Positions 1 to 12,665 of a DNA stretch of 64,000 nucleotides are shown piece by piece (positions within the stretch are counted from its first letter, which is position 1; each line of letters starts with the position of its first letter). The notes under the pieces are model-generated. The model saw nothing but the letters and a program-made list of their open reading frames with translations, was not told where the DNA came from and made no database searches. Origin of the DNA: Vermamoeba vermiformis (lineage: Eukaryota); assembly GCA_045837725.1 (NCBI GenBank), contig JBEWZL010000211.1:1-64000 (forward strand), written 5' to 3'. The position numbers were made by a program, and so were the translations under genes.

Positions 1-91
1 CTGATTGTGATTAATATTATACAATTTTTTATTCACAAAACTGATGTGGAATTAAAACTACAAGTACATTAAATATTGATTCTTGTCGCCC

Positions 92-2171
92 TTAAGCCGG
101 GGGGGCGTGAGTGTCACCCTCATGCTTGGCCGAGTCGTTCGAGCTGAAGTGACCAGTGAGTACAACTGATTTGTTGGTCGAACTAACGCCGACAGAAGTG
201 TCGCTGCTGTCCTCGCCAGTGCCGAAGTGCACGCGACGCAACTTGGGGAAGAACAAGAAGAAGAGCACACTGCCGCCGATCAACATGATTGCAAAGCCAA
301 TGATACCAGCCTCAATACTGACGTTGTAGGGGATGATGAGCATGATGGCAATGGCAATCACACCGATGAAGACAGTGTTGTAGATAGCCCAACCGATCGA
401 CTTGGACTCGTTGTAGAGCTTGCGCTTGACGTTCTTGATCTTGTACGAGACCAACACACCGCACACGAGCAAGACTCCCTTGGTGCACAAGAAGAGAGCG
501 ACGGGCCAGACATCTTTGGATTGGCAAGTCAAGTATTCTTGAGTATCGCTGAGGAAGGTAGAAGTAGTATTGATGACAGGCTTGTACGGATCAGCAACGG
601 TCCAAGCGATGAGGATAGCGGATTCGATTAGAGTCATTGGAAGAACTCCCTTGAGAATGAGTTCCATGTTGGTAATCTTGAAGACCTTGAGTGAGCTCTT
701 GGAGAAGAGACGCCAGATGCGGTAGTTCTTCATAATCAGTGCACTGTAAGTAATACTGAAACCGAGACCGCCGAGCCAGATGCGCAAGTTGCACCAATTC
801 GCCGAAGGAACACCCATCCAGAAGAAGACGGAGATGAATGCCAGTACGCAGCCAAGGATGACGATGCTCAAGAAGACAGGTGACGAGGCACGGAAGACGA
901 TGTGACGTTGTTTGACTTGCACGTCAATGAACACGAGTACGGCGAGGAAGAGGAGGACACTGGCGACTACGATCAGCGCGATACCCAAGGGCGAGGAGTA
1001 GTCCACGAAGAGGTCTTGGATGATGTCAGCGCGGGTGTAGTTGCGGATCATATTGAGGCCCGAGAGTGGTGCTTTGAACGACAAGATCTGCGTGAGAGAC
1101 AAGCACGTGCCGTTGTAGAGGGCAGGAGCGACGCCAGGGAATGTACCACAGAATACTGAGTTTGGATTGGCGACGAGTAAGTTGTAAGCATTGGTGACTG
1201 TGCGACGAACGTTATCGGTAGTTTGAGTCGAAAAGTCACCGAGTGTCAAGAGACCAGTGTCAAATCCAGACCAAGTAGTGGTGTTGGCATAAACACTGAA
1301 GTTACCGTTGGGAATGGTGTTGACGATGCTGAAGAGTGGTGCTCCCCAGTCGTAGATGATGGAAAACATGCTGAGCTCACCGACCATTGTAGCGCTGATC
1401 AGCGATCTGACCAACGCTCGGGATGGACATGTTGGTCCAAGCTTTAGCAGCATCAGTAGATTGAGAAGAGGCACAGTCGACTTGATAGTCCTCAACCAAA
1501 ATTCGGGCAACACCGTCTTCGAGCAAATTAATAAGAATTGGATCGTATATAATAATATAGGTCCTATACTCACCTTCGAGCAGTGGGTCGTAGAAACTGT
1601 CGGTGAAAGTTGACAAAACATTCGCATCTGGATTGACTGAGCGCACGCCGAGGTAGAATGCGTTCTCGTATGACCAACTGAGTGGTTGAAGTCCAATACC
1701 AAGAAAAGCGACGTTGTTGGTTTGCGTTTGAATACCGCAAGCGATGCCAGCCAAGTAATAGCCTTCCCATGACTTCGGGTCGAGTTTAGCAACGTTAGCA
1801 CTACCAGTTCCAGCAACGGCGATGATTTTAATGTTCGCGTTAGGGTGGTCACCAGTGAACCGACTTTGCTCGTCCACATAAGCCGAAGAAGTGATGAAAG
1901 CCATGTCAAAGTCTTGCGCCACCAGATTCTGCAACTCGTTGTAGAGGTTTTCAACGGGGAAAGACTGGTACAAACGAGCAGTGACATTGAAGCCTTGCAA
2001 GAAAAGTTGTCGATCCGCGTACGCTCGTCCAAGCTCCAGACGATAGTTGTAGCCAAAATCGTTGATCGGATCTGAAAAGAATGCTGCCATTCTGAATTCA
2101 GAAGCCGCCCATGTATCACAAATAATCATGCTAAGCGCAATAGCGCCAAGAATGAACCTACTAAGTGTCAT
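92..2171 (-). CDS. Family-3 (GABA-B-like, Dictyostelium Grl-type) GPCR with N-terminal Bmp-like periplasmic-binding domain; one intron, one frameshift
   Basis: Signal peptide MTLSRFILGAIALSMII and Bmp-like motifs (INDFGYNY, WEGYYLAGIACG, ENAFYLG, SFYDP) lie in ORF 1377..2171. The 7TM part (RASSPVFL, CNLRIW, KNYRIWRLF, NESKSIG, FFPK) lies in ORF 92..2119. Intron 1517..1573; the frame switches at ~1388. Confidence 0.85.
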
Positions 2172-3254
2172 TATAATGACTTAGTATCTGAGTTGTGGTG
2201 TTCGAGTGAATACTCGTAAAGTTAATAACAAATAAATTAAACAAAAACAATTTTGATTCATGGCCGTGCCAATAAATTTCTCGCCTTTTCAAAACTTTAG
2301 TAGACAATTATGAATTTTGACGGAAGATCTGATCCGATTAAATTGCGAGAGCACATGCTAACATTGAGCAAAATGCCCATGCAAGGTTAACAGTTTGAAG
2401 ATAATGTCCCGTTTAAATGATTAAAGTTTCAAAGCCTTAGCTTGCGAAAAAAGAAATTATGTGAGCGATTTTATGTTCTAATTATGCGCGTTACTTAATC
2501 ATACGCTTGAGCGACAAAGAATTGCGTGTGATGTAGACTAATCTATGAATTCAATAACGAAATCACCAAATCTATCTGCGGATAGACGATCGTGATCACA
2601 GTTGCCTAATAAGTCATTGCAAAAATATTGGGATATACCTCGGGAGTATTCTGTAGGCGTCATTATTACGGTGCTCTTAGATCGAATCCAGCATCATCGT
2701 ACTGACGGAATTAACGCATTCAAAGCCGCCGTTTCATATTTCAATTTGTGAAAGATTTTTTTGTGAACGGACCGTACGGAAGCAAATTTAATACCCGAAC
2801 AAAGACTTTCCAACGCGGCTCGGCCAAGCGACAGTAACTTGTATATAATAAAGTGCATACATACCGCGGCTATGTGACGTGCAATTCCGTTCCGGCGGAA
2901 CAACAGACGGCTATTTTAATTGGTGGATCTCTCACGTGGCGAAATTCACCCCTTCTGTTCCGAATCTGTCAGTTTTGCCTCTTTGTGCGCACTATCTAGG
3001 CTTTGTGCGTACTACTAGGTAGTATGGGGGACTAGGTGCCTGCTTAAGAATTCGTTCAGTGAAAACTGTCTGGGGTTTCACATAGCCTGAGGGACGGTGT
3101 TTGTCGTTGAAAAAAAGACATGAAACAAATACAATTATTCTTCGTTCTTATTCTATAGACAAGACCATAGTAAAAACTATAATATTCTAACAAAGCCATT
3201 CGCGGCTAATCTGGATAAGAGTCGATACATCCAACTTTTTATTTCAATTACACT

Positions 3255-5206
3255 ATGAATAGCCTTGGGCATTTGTCAAAATTTGGTAATAAATTAAATA
3301 AGAATATCATTAAATATGTAAGTGTTCAATATCGAGTTATTACCATTTCAAAAATATCTTTGGAAATTTGATAATAAAATTTTACTCCTAATGATCGCTT
3401 CAAATTATCCTTTCAATTGCATCAAAAAATATCTAATTATATTTACGATTTAATACAGTCATTTTCCCTGCCTCTACTTCAACGCCGAGGTAAATCCACC
3501 GAGTCACCAAGCGTTGTACAAGCCAGAGAGCTTCGCAAGACTCAAGAACGAGATCAGGTATATGAAATACCTATTGATATTATATATATGTGATTAATAA
3601 TATTGCATCGATCAGTGGCTCGCACAAGCCTCGACTGGCTTGCCTAGCTTTTCAAAAGTTCTTAGCGATAATGGAGTTCAGCCGTTAAAACGGTAAATAT
3701 AAATAATAATACAGTTTGGCCTTATTATAATGAAATTATTAACTTTAATCGCACTTCAGAAAGTCAATGAAAATCTTGCAACTAAATCTGGGCAAGTTGT
3801 GCAATATGACCTGTCATCATTGTCACGTTGAAGCAGGCCCTACTAAGACTAGGTATTAATAATACTAATATAACCTTCTTTGCTAATTATCTTTCGAGTA
3901 CAAGATCGATCCATTCAGTTCACGACACAAAAATTAATTACTAATTTGTTATTTTTCAGAGAAAATATGGATAAAAAGACAGCTGAACGAGTGGTACAAT
4001 TGATGAATAACACGAGTCAAATAGACACCGTGGATCTGACGGGCAAGTGTCACGACATTGACACGATGACACGTGTCACTTTCAAACATTGCAGTAATTT
4101 AACACGTGAAATTGTCTCATAGGAGGTGCCCCCGAAATGAACCCTCACTTTAGATACATCGTCGATGAAGCGAAAAAGTCCAACAAGACTGTCATTGATC
4201 GATGCAACCTGACCATCTTTTACGAACAAAATTATGATTGGTTGCCCGAATATCTCGCCAAAAATCACGTGCAAGTCGTTGCCTCGCTGCCCTGTTACAC
4301 ATTAGACAACGTTGAGAAACAAGTACGTCACTATAGAATGCTTACAATAGTGGCTAATAGGACTTTAGCGCGGCAAAGGTGTTTTCGACAAAAGTATTCA
4401 CGCGCTTCAATGGCTGAACAAATTAGGTACGTTACCTTGTTTAGATAATAATGAGCCTGTATAACCGTTCATGAAAGGTTACGGCAAAGACCCCAATTTG
4501 GAACTTCACCTCGTGTATAACCCCGGAGGCGCTGCTCTTCCAGGTCCTCAGAAACAATTGGTACTATAAGAGCATATAGTAGGTGGCATCCTTATATTAA
4601 TACGATGATTTTTATAGGAAATTGATTACAAGAGAGAACTGAAACAATACGCGAACATCGAGTTCAACAAGTTATTCACGATCACTAATATGCCGATTAA
4701 ACGATTCGCAGATTTCTTATATAACAACGGACAATACAAACAGTATATGGAACTGCTTGTTAATTCATTTAACAAAGCTACACTCGATCACTTGATGTGC
4801 GTGGATCAAGGTACGAAACTAATTTTGACCATTGACTTTTTGATACTAATGCTTGGCTTAGTGAGCGTTGGCTGGGACGGTACTTTGTATGGTACGTATA
4901 GCCGCGAATCTCCTATTAATGGCAATACTAACGACCCATTCTGATAGATTGTGACTTCAATCAAATGCTCGAACTGAACATCGGTGCTGCAGCTGCTAAC
5001 GGCAAAATGACCGTGTGGGACATTCAAAACTTTGACGAATTAGTCGTAAGTACACAATAATATAAAAATAGAAGGAACTGCGCACGTTTTTTTTAAACCT
5101 TGACTAATTTACACCCGCCACTTAGAACAAACGAATTGCCGTTAAAAATCATTGCTTTGGCTGCACTGCTGGCGCAGGATCATCGTGCGGAGGAGCTTTG
5201 TTATAA
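3255..5206 (+). CDS. arsS: Radical SAM protein of the ArsS (arsenosugar biosynthesis)/DUF3641 family, multi-exon
   Basis: The spliced translation gives LQLNLGKLCNMTCHHCHVEAGP (CxxxCxxC), DLTGGAPEMNPHF, IDRCNLT, VVASLPCY, LVYNP, NMPIKRF, VGWDG-YDCDFNQM and the C-terminal HCFGCTAGAGSSCGGAL. The start at 3255 is inferred. Confidence 0.85.
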
Positions 5207-5397
5207 TTATATTGTACTATTACGCTACCATTAAATTCTGGTTCAAAATCTTTGCCTAGATCTGCTGTCCAACCCAGATCCGCAGAACTTCTCTCCTTGT
5301 TATATTTCAAATTATACAGTTTTATTTTGTTGAATAGATGTCGAATCAAATGTATGTACCAAATAGCTCTATATTATATAGTCTCCTATTGTCGTTT

Positions 5398-6510
5398 TTA
5401 GAAGAAGGTGGTGTCATCCTCAGCACTCTTCTTAAATCTGAACTTATCACCATAGTTCTTAGTCTCTTTGCTGAATTGATCGACACGATCATCGACTCGG
5501 TATTCAAAGCCTATACAAATAAAATAATAAATATTTGATAAAAAAATCAAAAAATATTATCGCTGGATCCCGTCAAAAAATATCTTTGTAATCCAAGTCA
5601 AATTCGATTATTATATGCTATGATAGCATATAGTATACTTCTATGGTATTATTATTGCCAAATAAGGTGTTAAAAATGCTAAAAAATAGTTACCATTGTG
5701 AATGGCGAAGTTAATTGCGGCTTGCTTGGTAGGGAACACAATGCTGAGATTGGACAGCGGATCACGTGATGAAGTCCAGCCCATCAAGGGATTGATCCAG
5801 CGCTCAGTGCGGGTGAATTTCAATTCGTACTTATCGGTGTCCTGTTCATGAAAGTATGAGATCGAGCGAGGTTTGAAAAACTGGCTCGAAAATAAACTTC
5901 CAATTTTGATATAGTATAAATAAATGGATTTAATAATGGTAAATTTCGGTGGTATTGTTAGTAAATGAAAATTAAGTGGTTGGATCCGGATGGCGGGTAG
6001 ATTTCTTGATCTTTGGTTGTAAGTAACGTACCCGACTGCCGTGTTGCATAGAGTGTCTAGATACATTAGTGATTTCAACACCTCGGTTTAATTGTTCTCT
6101 GGGAACACCAGTCAAAAATTCAATGGCATCTTTGTTGATGTGTCGAAGATCTTTCCAAACAGTCTCACCGCCTAGAAATAAATTAATAATATGCATATAA
6201 TTTTAATACGTATTTTTATATCATATATTTGAATTTATTATCGATATAGCAACGACTACATGAAAAATAAAAAATATCATAATTAAAAAATATCGGATTT
6301 GACACCAGTTAAATCACTATACGCTAAATATCATCATTATAAATAATATAAATACATACTTTCAGCATTATAAGTCTCGACAACGTCGCTGGATTTCACC
6401 GTGGTATCTACATAATTTCTGCTGAAGATGCTGCCAGTTGCTTTCTTCGCGGTTGAGTTTTTCATCAACGACGAAGCGCGGCGAGTGCAATTAACTAATT
6501 GGCGCAACAT
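5398..6510 (-). CDS. NDUFS4: NADH:ubiquinone oxidoreductase subunit NDUFS4 (complex I)
   Basis: Exons encode a mitochondrial presequence-like N-terminus, TGVPREQL..R.V.I...SRHSMQHG, ERWINPLMGWTSSRDP, FPTKQAAINFA and KNYGDKF. Confidence 0.9.
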
Positions 6511-7126
6511 GGTGATTATCGACTGGTGGTTTACTGCACAAATCCAAAAAAAAATGATCCGTCTCGTTTGCCTCAAGAACCTTTAACACTGCCATCATGA
6601 TTCTATCTTGTTCAATCGTAATGATGCGGTTTTATGACCATACCAGTTTGTACTGAAATTGCCTAACGGCGTCGCCACAAAGATCTGAGCCGTTTTGTTT
6701 TCTTCGAAGCGTAATTGTCCATAATGTCTTTCCTATTGACATATAAGTGGCATATACTCGCGGTTAATATTGCGGTCACCGCCCAAATGGCCGTTGCTCG
6801 ATAACGGATGTACTTCGCTACACGCAAGTTTTTTTTGAAAGGCAGAGGTTTATCATTGGCGTATTTACAAAATAACAAGGTAAATTATACAAGGAATACG
6901 AACGATATTTCTAGACTTGATTCTATTTGATGCAAGTCGAGTTTTCGTTCAGCAAAAACAAGAAGCAAGGCCACATCCGGTCGATGGTACACTAGGGTAG
7001 TAAAGATAACATAACAGTGCTATCTATAGTATACCTCGGATGCAGCGCTTACTTCTGGTGGGTAAATCAAATAAAAGGGTTGATCCAAAATGTACTGGTT
7101 GAATAAATATCGAATGAATAGCTAGA

Positions 7127-10100
7127 TTAATACCAAGGCGCGGCAAAATCTCCAAATAAGTGCGTTGAGCCCATATCAACATCGTCGTTGCCTAGAATGT
7201 CGCTCTCGCCCACAAGCAGATCCGCGAACACGGCATCTGCATCCGTTGCTCCAGCTTCGCCTTGAGTCGACGCAATGGCTTCATTAGCATCAAGCTCTTC
7301 GTTGCAGGATAGATGAAGGTCGCCAGTGAACATTTCAGGCTCTTCTGCTTGCGCAGGTACCATTCCGCCTTGAGCAAACAGATTCGGATTCGTTTGATCG
7401 CCGAGCTCAATACCAATGATATCATCAGCATAGAGCTCATCTGCAAACTCTTGAGCTTCGTCTGGTTGCTCAATATAGGCTTGTTGCTCGTGTTCTACGG
7501 CAGGCACTTTCTCTTCTTCAACAGATTCGAGATTTGGAAACTTTGGAATCGCTTCTCCTGACAATCTGCTTGATCTTCTAGACGCGCGAACAATAGGTAC
7601 CGGCGATGGCTTCAATTTCTTCTTGGGAGGCTCGCTAGTTTCGTTTGTATTTGACGCATCCAAAATTGAGCCAGATGCGAGGACTTCAGCTTCACCGTCG
7701 AAGTCAATCTTCTTCTTTACCGAGTCCAATGACTTTCGCTTGCGTCCTCGCTTGCCTTTAGTCGTTGGAGCCGACGCAGGTTTAGCTGGCTCACTGGATG
7801 CGGCTTCAGGCGCTATGGAACTCACTGCAGCCTCTTCTTGTTGAGATGGCGCACTAGTACGTACGTTAATACATATCTATATGATGGTAATATATTATTC
7901 CTATGATCGTACATTGCTTGGTTAGTTGTTGTAACGGATGTAGCAACTGGTGCAACTGGAACAACAGGAGGTGGCGGTGGAGGTGGTGGAATAAGATCGC
8001 TATATGGCTTCTTCATATCCTCTTTCTTTTTAAGTGAGATCTTGAAGCCTGGAATAACTTGAGCTGAAACAGATCTGCCTAGAGTAACTAAAAACAAGTA
8101 GTCGGGTTAGATCCGGATCTAATGTGGATACTAGTTAAATATATTACCTGCAGGCACGACGGCTGGTTTCGGAGGAGCGGCAATAATAGTGCTAAGCTGA
8201 CTTTGAGTGAATAGTTCGGTCAAAGACTTAGATCGAACTTTGAGCTTTGATTCAGCAGAATTTGACGCGCTGTCTGAGCTCTCTTGTTGACTAGCAGTCG
8301 TTCCGTCATTAGTGATAGAAGCACTAGAACTCTGTTCAGTCTTCGGAATTTCAACAGATGCGGCGAGTAGGTGAACTGCTGAAGGAGCAGCTGGAGCTAC
8401 CTCGCTTGTGGTACTGGTATTTTTAACGTCGTTAGCTTCCGTAGATTGGTTTGAGCCTGCTGAGGTCGCTGGATCTGGTTCAGTTCGTTTGTTTTTAAAG
8501 GTTGGAGATCCGAGGTTGAGTTGCGATAAATTGAGCTTTGAAGTGTGGTTGGGTGATGTTAATGAGTCGTCCAATATTGAGGCATTAGGGCTCATCAACA
8601 GGCTCTGGTTCAACGACGCATCCACGCTTTGGTGTTGCAGTGTAAGATCCATCTCTGAAATAGACGAGTTGACCTCGCTGCTAACTTGTATACTGAAAGA
8701 ATCGTCTACAATGCTCTTATCAATCGACTCGTCGACTGTTTTGGTGGGCTCTGAAGCGGATGTAACGGCCGAGTCTTCTCCGAATAACTTTCGCTTTGAC
8801 CTGAGCTTAGATGCGCTTGCATTTCGTGTAGAATTTGCTGGAGATGCTTCATTGGCTGTTTCAGTCACTGGCTGAAGTGGCTTTTGCTCAACAACAGTTC
8901 GAATAGTCACATCCAAATGATCGGCTGAAACCGATCTTACTTGTGGCTTGTTTTCAAATTGAATAGTCGAACCAATCAGTCGAAAGCGCGTAGATTTGCC
9001 ACTAATATTCTTGGGCGATCCAAATAGGCTTGCGAAAGACTGCGAATTTGCTTTCTGTTCTAGAATGACTTGATCCAAGGTTTGAGCTTTACTCTGAGGC
9101 AACAATGCGCTCTTGTTTGGCTGTACTTGTGTTGGGGTAGCAGGTCTAGCAGTAGCTGCGTCAACTTGCTCCGAAGATGTGGCTACAAAATGAAGTTGAA
9201 TTAGATCCGGAATTATTCTCATAATTTCGAGCTTTAAATTTAAAATTCAGTTAGACTGCGTACCTAACGCCCTCTTTTCTGTACTGGCAGGTCGATTAGC
9301 CTTAGGCAATGGAGATTGCAAGATCCGAGCTGGTTTTGGCGCCAGTTCTTTATTTGCCTTTGAATCAGATCCAGCTGGTGAGGCGGTCTTGGCAGGAGGC
9401 TCAGCAGTACCTATTCTCGACGCAATGAACTGCGGATTAATATTCTCCTTCTCCATTTTCTTTTTGACTACTGCATGAAAATGATTCTTTGTAGCTTCAG
9501 GACTCCTATCGCGCATAATATTAATATGTGGGCCAACGTACGATATATGGTCTTTGGTATAATGAGAATCGCCAATTAATCATTTAAAAAAAGAAAGACT
9601 TAATGTTGGATTCAGATGCCGATCCGTTGCCGAACAATTATCGTACCTGCCAATGGCTTTACTAATCTCGCGCCATGAATGACCATACTTCTGCACCAAT
9701 TCAATAATCTTCGCGTCTTCTGCATCAGACCAAGGCCCTTTAGGGTCGCCTTCATGTTGTTTTAAATAGGCGTACCTACAAACATCAGTCGTAAGTCTAA
9801 GCTCGTTCCATACATATCAAATAATACGACTATACAAATATTATGCTTATAATTACCTATCTCTGCACTGACGATGAACTCGACCAGGGATCTGACTTGC
9901 AATACGAGCCCAACGGTCTTTAGTCTCTTCAGTTGTCTTAACGAGGGATAAAAGCAGCTCATCCTCCTACAGTACATCATTAGCATCGATAATACATGCT
10001 TGGTGGCTCGTTCTCGCATAGTAAATCAAATTTAAAAATTGAGCGCGTTCAGTGAATCTCTTTAACTTCTCGAGATTAAGAATAACGGTAAAAAGACAAT

Positions 10101-10739
10101 AAATTGCTTGATTATATGATGCTAAAGCATATACACCGAAAATAATAACTAAATAAGGCGTAACGTCACGACTGAGTTTCGTAATTTTGAATTGAAGCAA
10201 AAATAGTACCTCTTTAGACCAACGGCCTTTCTTCATTGAGACTGCTGCAGGTTCTGATCGTTCTTCTGTCGAAATTTGAGAACCAGACTGCGAGGCATCG
10301 TCTTCTAATAGGGCAGAGTTAAGATCTAAAAAATCAAAAGAAAAGTTAGCGGATAAATCACAAGCAAGAGGAGTAATTTGTACCTGATTCGTTACTCTCT
10401 TCAGTCATATCTTCATTAGGCTCCGATTTAATAGGCAACAATTTATTTATAACTTGGGCTGGATCCTTTTTGGAAGTTGATGATTTACGACTTCTAGTCT
10501 TTGGTTCATGTATATCCCGTTGCACACTAATCTATAGAATACAATTCTATCAGCCATATCCTTGAGAATAAGCGGCAAAATAAAAATTATTTAATTCTGA
10601 TCAGAGTCCAGATATTTTTGATTTATTCATTTCAAACGCAATATAAACAGGCTTTTCTATCATTATTTAATATATCCCGCATAGGGTGATATTTAAATGA
10701 TTAGAAAATAAAGAGAAAAGGGCATACCTCTAAATCCAT
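7127..10739 (-). CDS. Myb-domain (two-repeat) transcription factor with long low-complexity C-terminus
   Basis: Myb repeats KKGRWSKEEDELL...WARIASQIPGRVHRQCRD and KGPWSDAEDAKIIELVQKYGHSWREISKAIG...RS...KNHF are split over exons. Large S/T/P-rich exons lie at 8131-9222 and 7127-7825. The start is uncertain. Confidence 0.8.
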
Positions 10740-11237
10740 TCTACTTTTTTTACTTCTTCATTCTAATGAACCCAACGAAGCCCTTCGACGCAGATACAAT
10801 AACAAGTCCTTAAATATGATTATTATTATGCGGCTTTGTGCATAACAAGGTGTACAGGAGGGAACAATGGATATTTTTTTTGGTTTTAAATTCGAATTTC
10901 GCGCGCCAAATGGCGCCAAATCTGAAATTTAGTTACACAATAGGAATGTCTTCGTTTGCCTATCGGGATATGATTATATGGTACCTTACGAACGATAATG
11001 ACGTTTCTAAAAGATATGCAGATTACGTGCACCAAAAAGACGAGTTTGACATCCGAAGCCCCGAAAAGAATTTCCCTTGCTTATGAGCGGAATAAGGTCT
11101 CAAATACAAAAGTGTATTGCACTCGAGTGGAATTAGCAATAAACGGGAGTTTAATCCATAAGTGATTCGTTTTACTGAATTCAGATCAATTTAACAGAAT
11201 CCATTACAGTGCATTCATTGAAGCACACGTGACCACC

Positions 11238-12458
11238 TTATTCGAGGCTCTTAGCCAAAGTTTGATTGGTAGTAGCAGCGTAGAAGATAAGGAAGCCTAT
11301 TTAAATTTTCAACCGTCAGTTTTTCAGATGTGGCATCTTCGGACAATGTTACTACGTACAGCAGCAAGAGAAGCCAATGAAAAAGACGATAGATCTCAAG
11401 ACAGACAAGTTGAGGAGATAAAGCACGTGGTAGATGGCACGAGAAACGATAAAGATGATTGACAACTTGGTCACAAGAATGCTAGGCACACCAGCAATCG
11501 TAGCCAAAATTACGGCCACAGAGAAGATGGAGAAGTTCTAAATAAGGTCCTATTAGATATGTACTCCGCATTGAATAATTAATAGCCGTTTGAATCTTCA
11601 GTTGGATCTCGTTTTGATGATTCAAATTTTAGTAAAGAAATCTCACCTCGATGGCGTTGTAGTGACCGCCTAAAAATAGATCAATGAGTTACACGTCATC
11701 ACTATAATTATGCTAATCTATTTAATTCGTACTAACTGCACGTGAACCCCAACCAGTCAATTCGCTCTAAGTCAAAAAAAAAAGAACTTAATTAAATCAG
11801 AAATTGGCTTAACTAACGACAAACTCTTACTTGTTGTTTGCGAGGGCTCTATAATAAACAATATTAGTGATGTGCACGATTTAAATCATTTTTGGTTGAC
11901 TTACAAAGTTGTTATAGCCGCGAGGTTGCATGGACATAGCAACACTAACAGGAAGACGAGAAGCCAATATGAAGGCCAAAGCAGCACCAATGGCAACAAA
12001 AGGCACGTTATAGCCAGATTGAGCGACTCTTTGGAAGTAGAAATCCAACGCGGTCGGGAAGGAGATGAGGTAGTAGACTAGAGAAGCACTCAAAGCAAGC
12101 AAAACAGCAGTGCTCACCAAGATTGCAATAACGCCACCAATGCCACCTCGTCTTTGCTCAGTAGTTGAGCTAGCTGGGGCTAAATAAATAAAATTCGGGT
12201 CAACATCCGGAGAGATATTTTGTTACGAGCAATTTCACAAACAAAAAATTAGAATTCGATTTTCTCTATTTTGCTATTCGTCCTCGAGCATAAATTTAAC
12301 ATGACAACGTGATATAATGCTAAATAAAAGCCACGATGGTATTTTTCGTTGATCCACAACGGTAATATTGCAACAAACTTGAATCATAACGAGCACGCAG
12401 TATAAGCATAACTCGTACCTTTAACGGGAGTACTCGATGCACTGTTAATCTTCTTCAT
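11238..12458 (-). CDS. MAPEG-family membrane protein
   Basis: Hydrophobic helices plus [19 protein letters not shown]...HYNAIENFSIF and [12 protein letters not shown]...RSIVF, typical of the bacterial-type MAPEG subfamily. Confidence 0.75.
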
Positions 12459-12665
12459 ATTCGCTTTTGTTGCTGTTCGCTTGGTAAGTTAACACAACAA
12501 AAAGACGCTCGTAGAAAATTTCCTCCTTGTTTGAAATTTTTTGTCAGCGCGTCGCAACACACTTTTGTAATTTATTTTGTAAGCAACGACACTACAGGTA
12601 CGCAGTGTTGCTGTAAAATATTATTAGCGCGGTGTATTAATGCTCTTATTGTTAGATTTACAACC

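Noticed and set aside
227-2075. Multiple plus-strand ORFs opposite the GPCR, and similar antisense ORFs over the Myb, ArfGAP and kinase genes
   Set aside because: Shadow ORFs caused by the codon bias of the real genes, with no recognisable motifs.
6663-6878. 71-aa minus-strand ORF with one hydrophobic segment (weakly HIG1-like)
   Set aside because: It has no ATG or supportable upstream exon, and the similarity is too weak to call.
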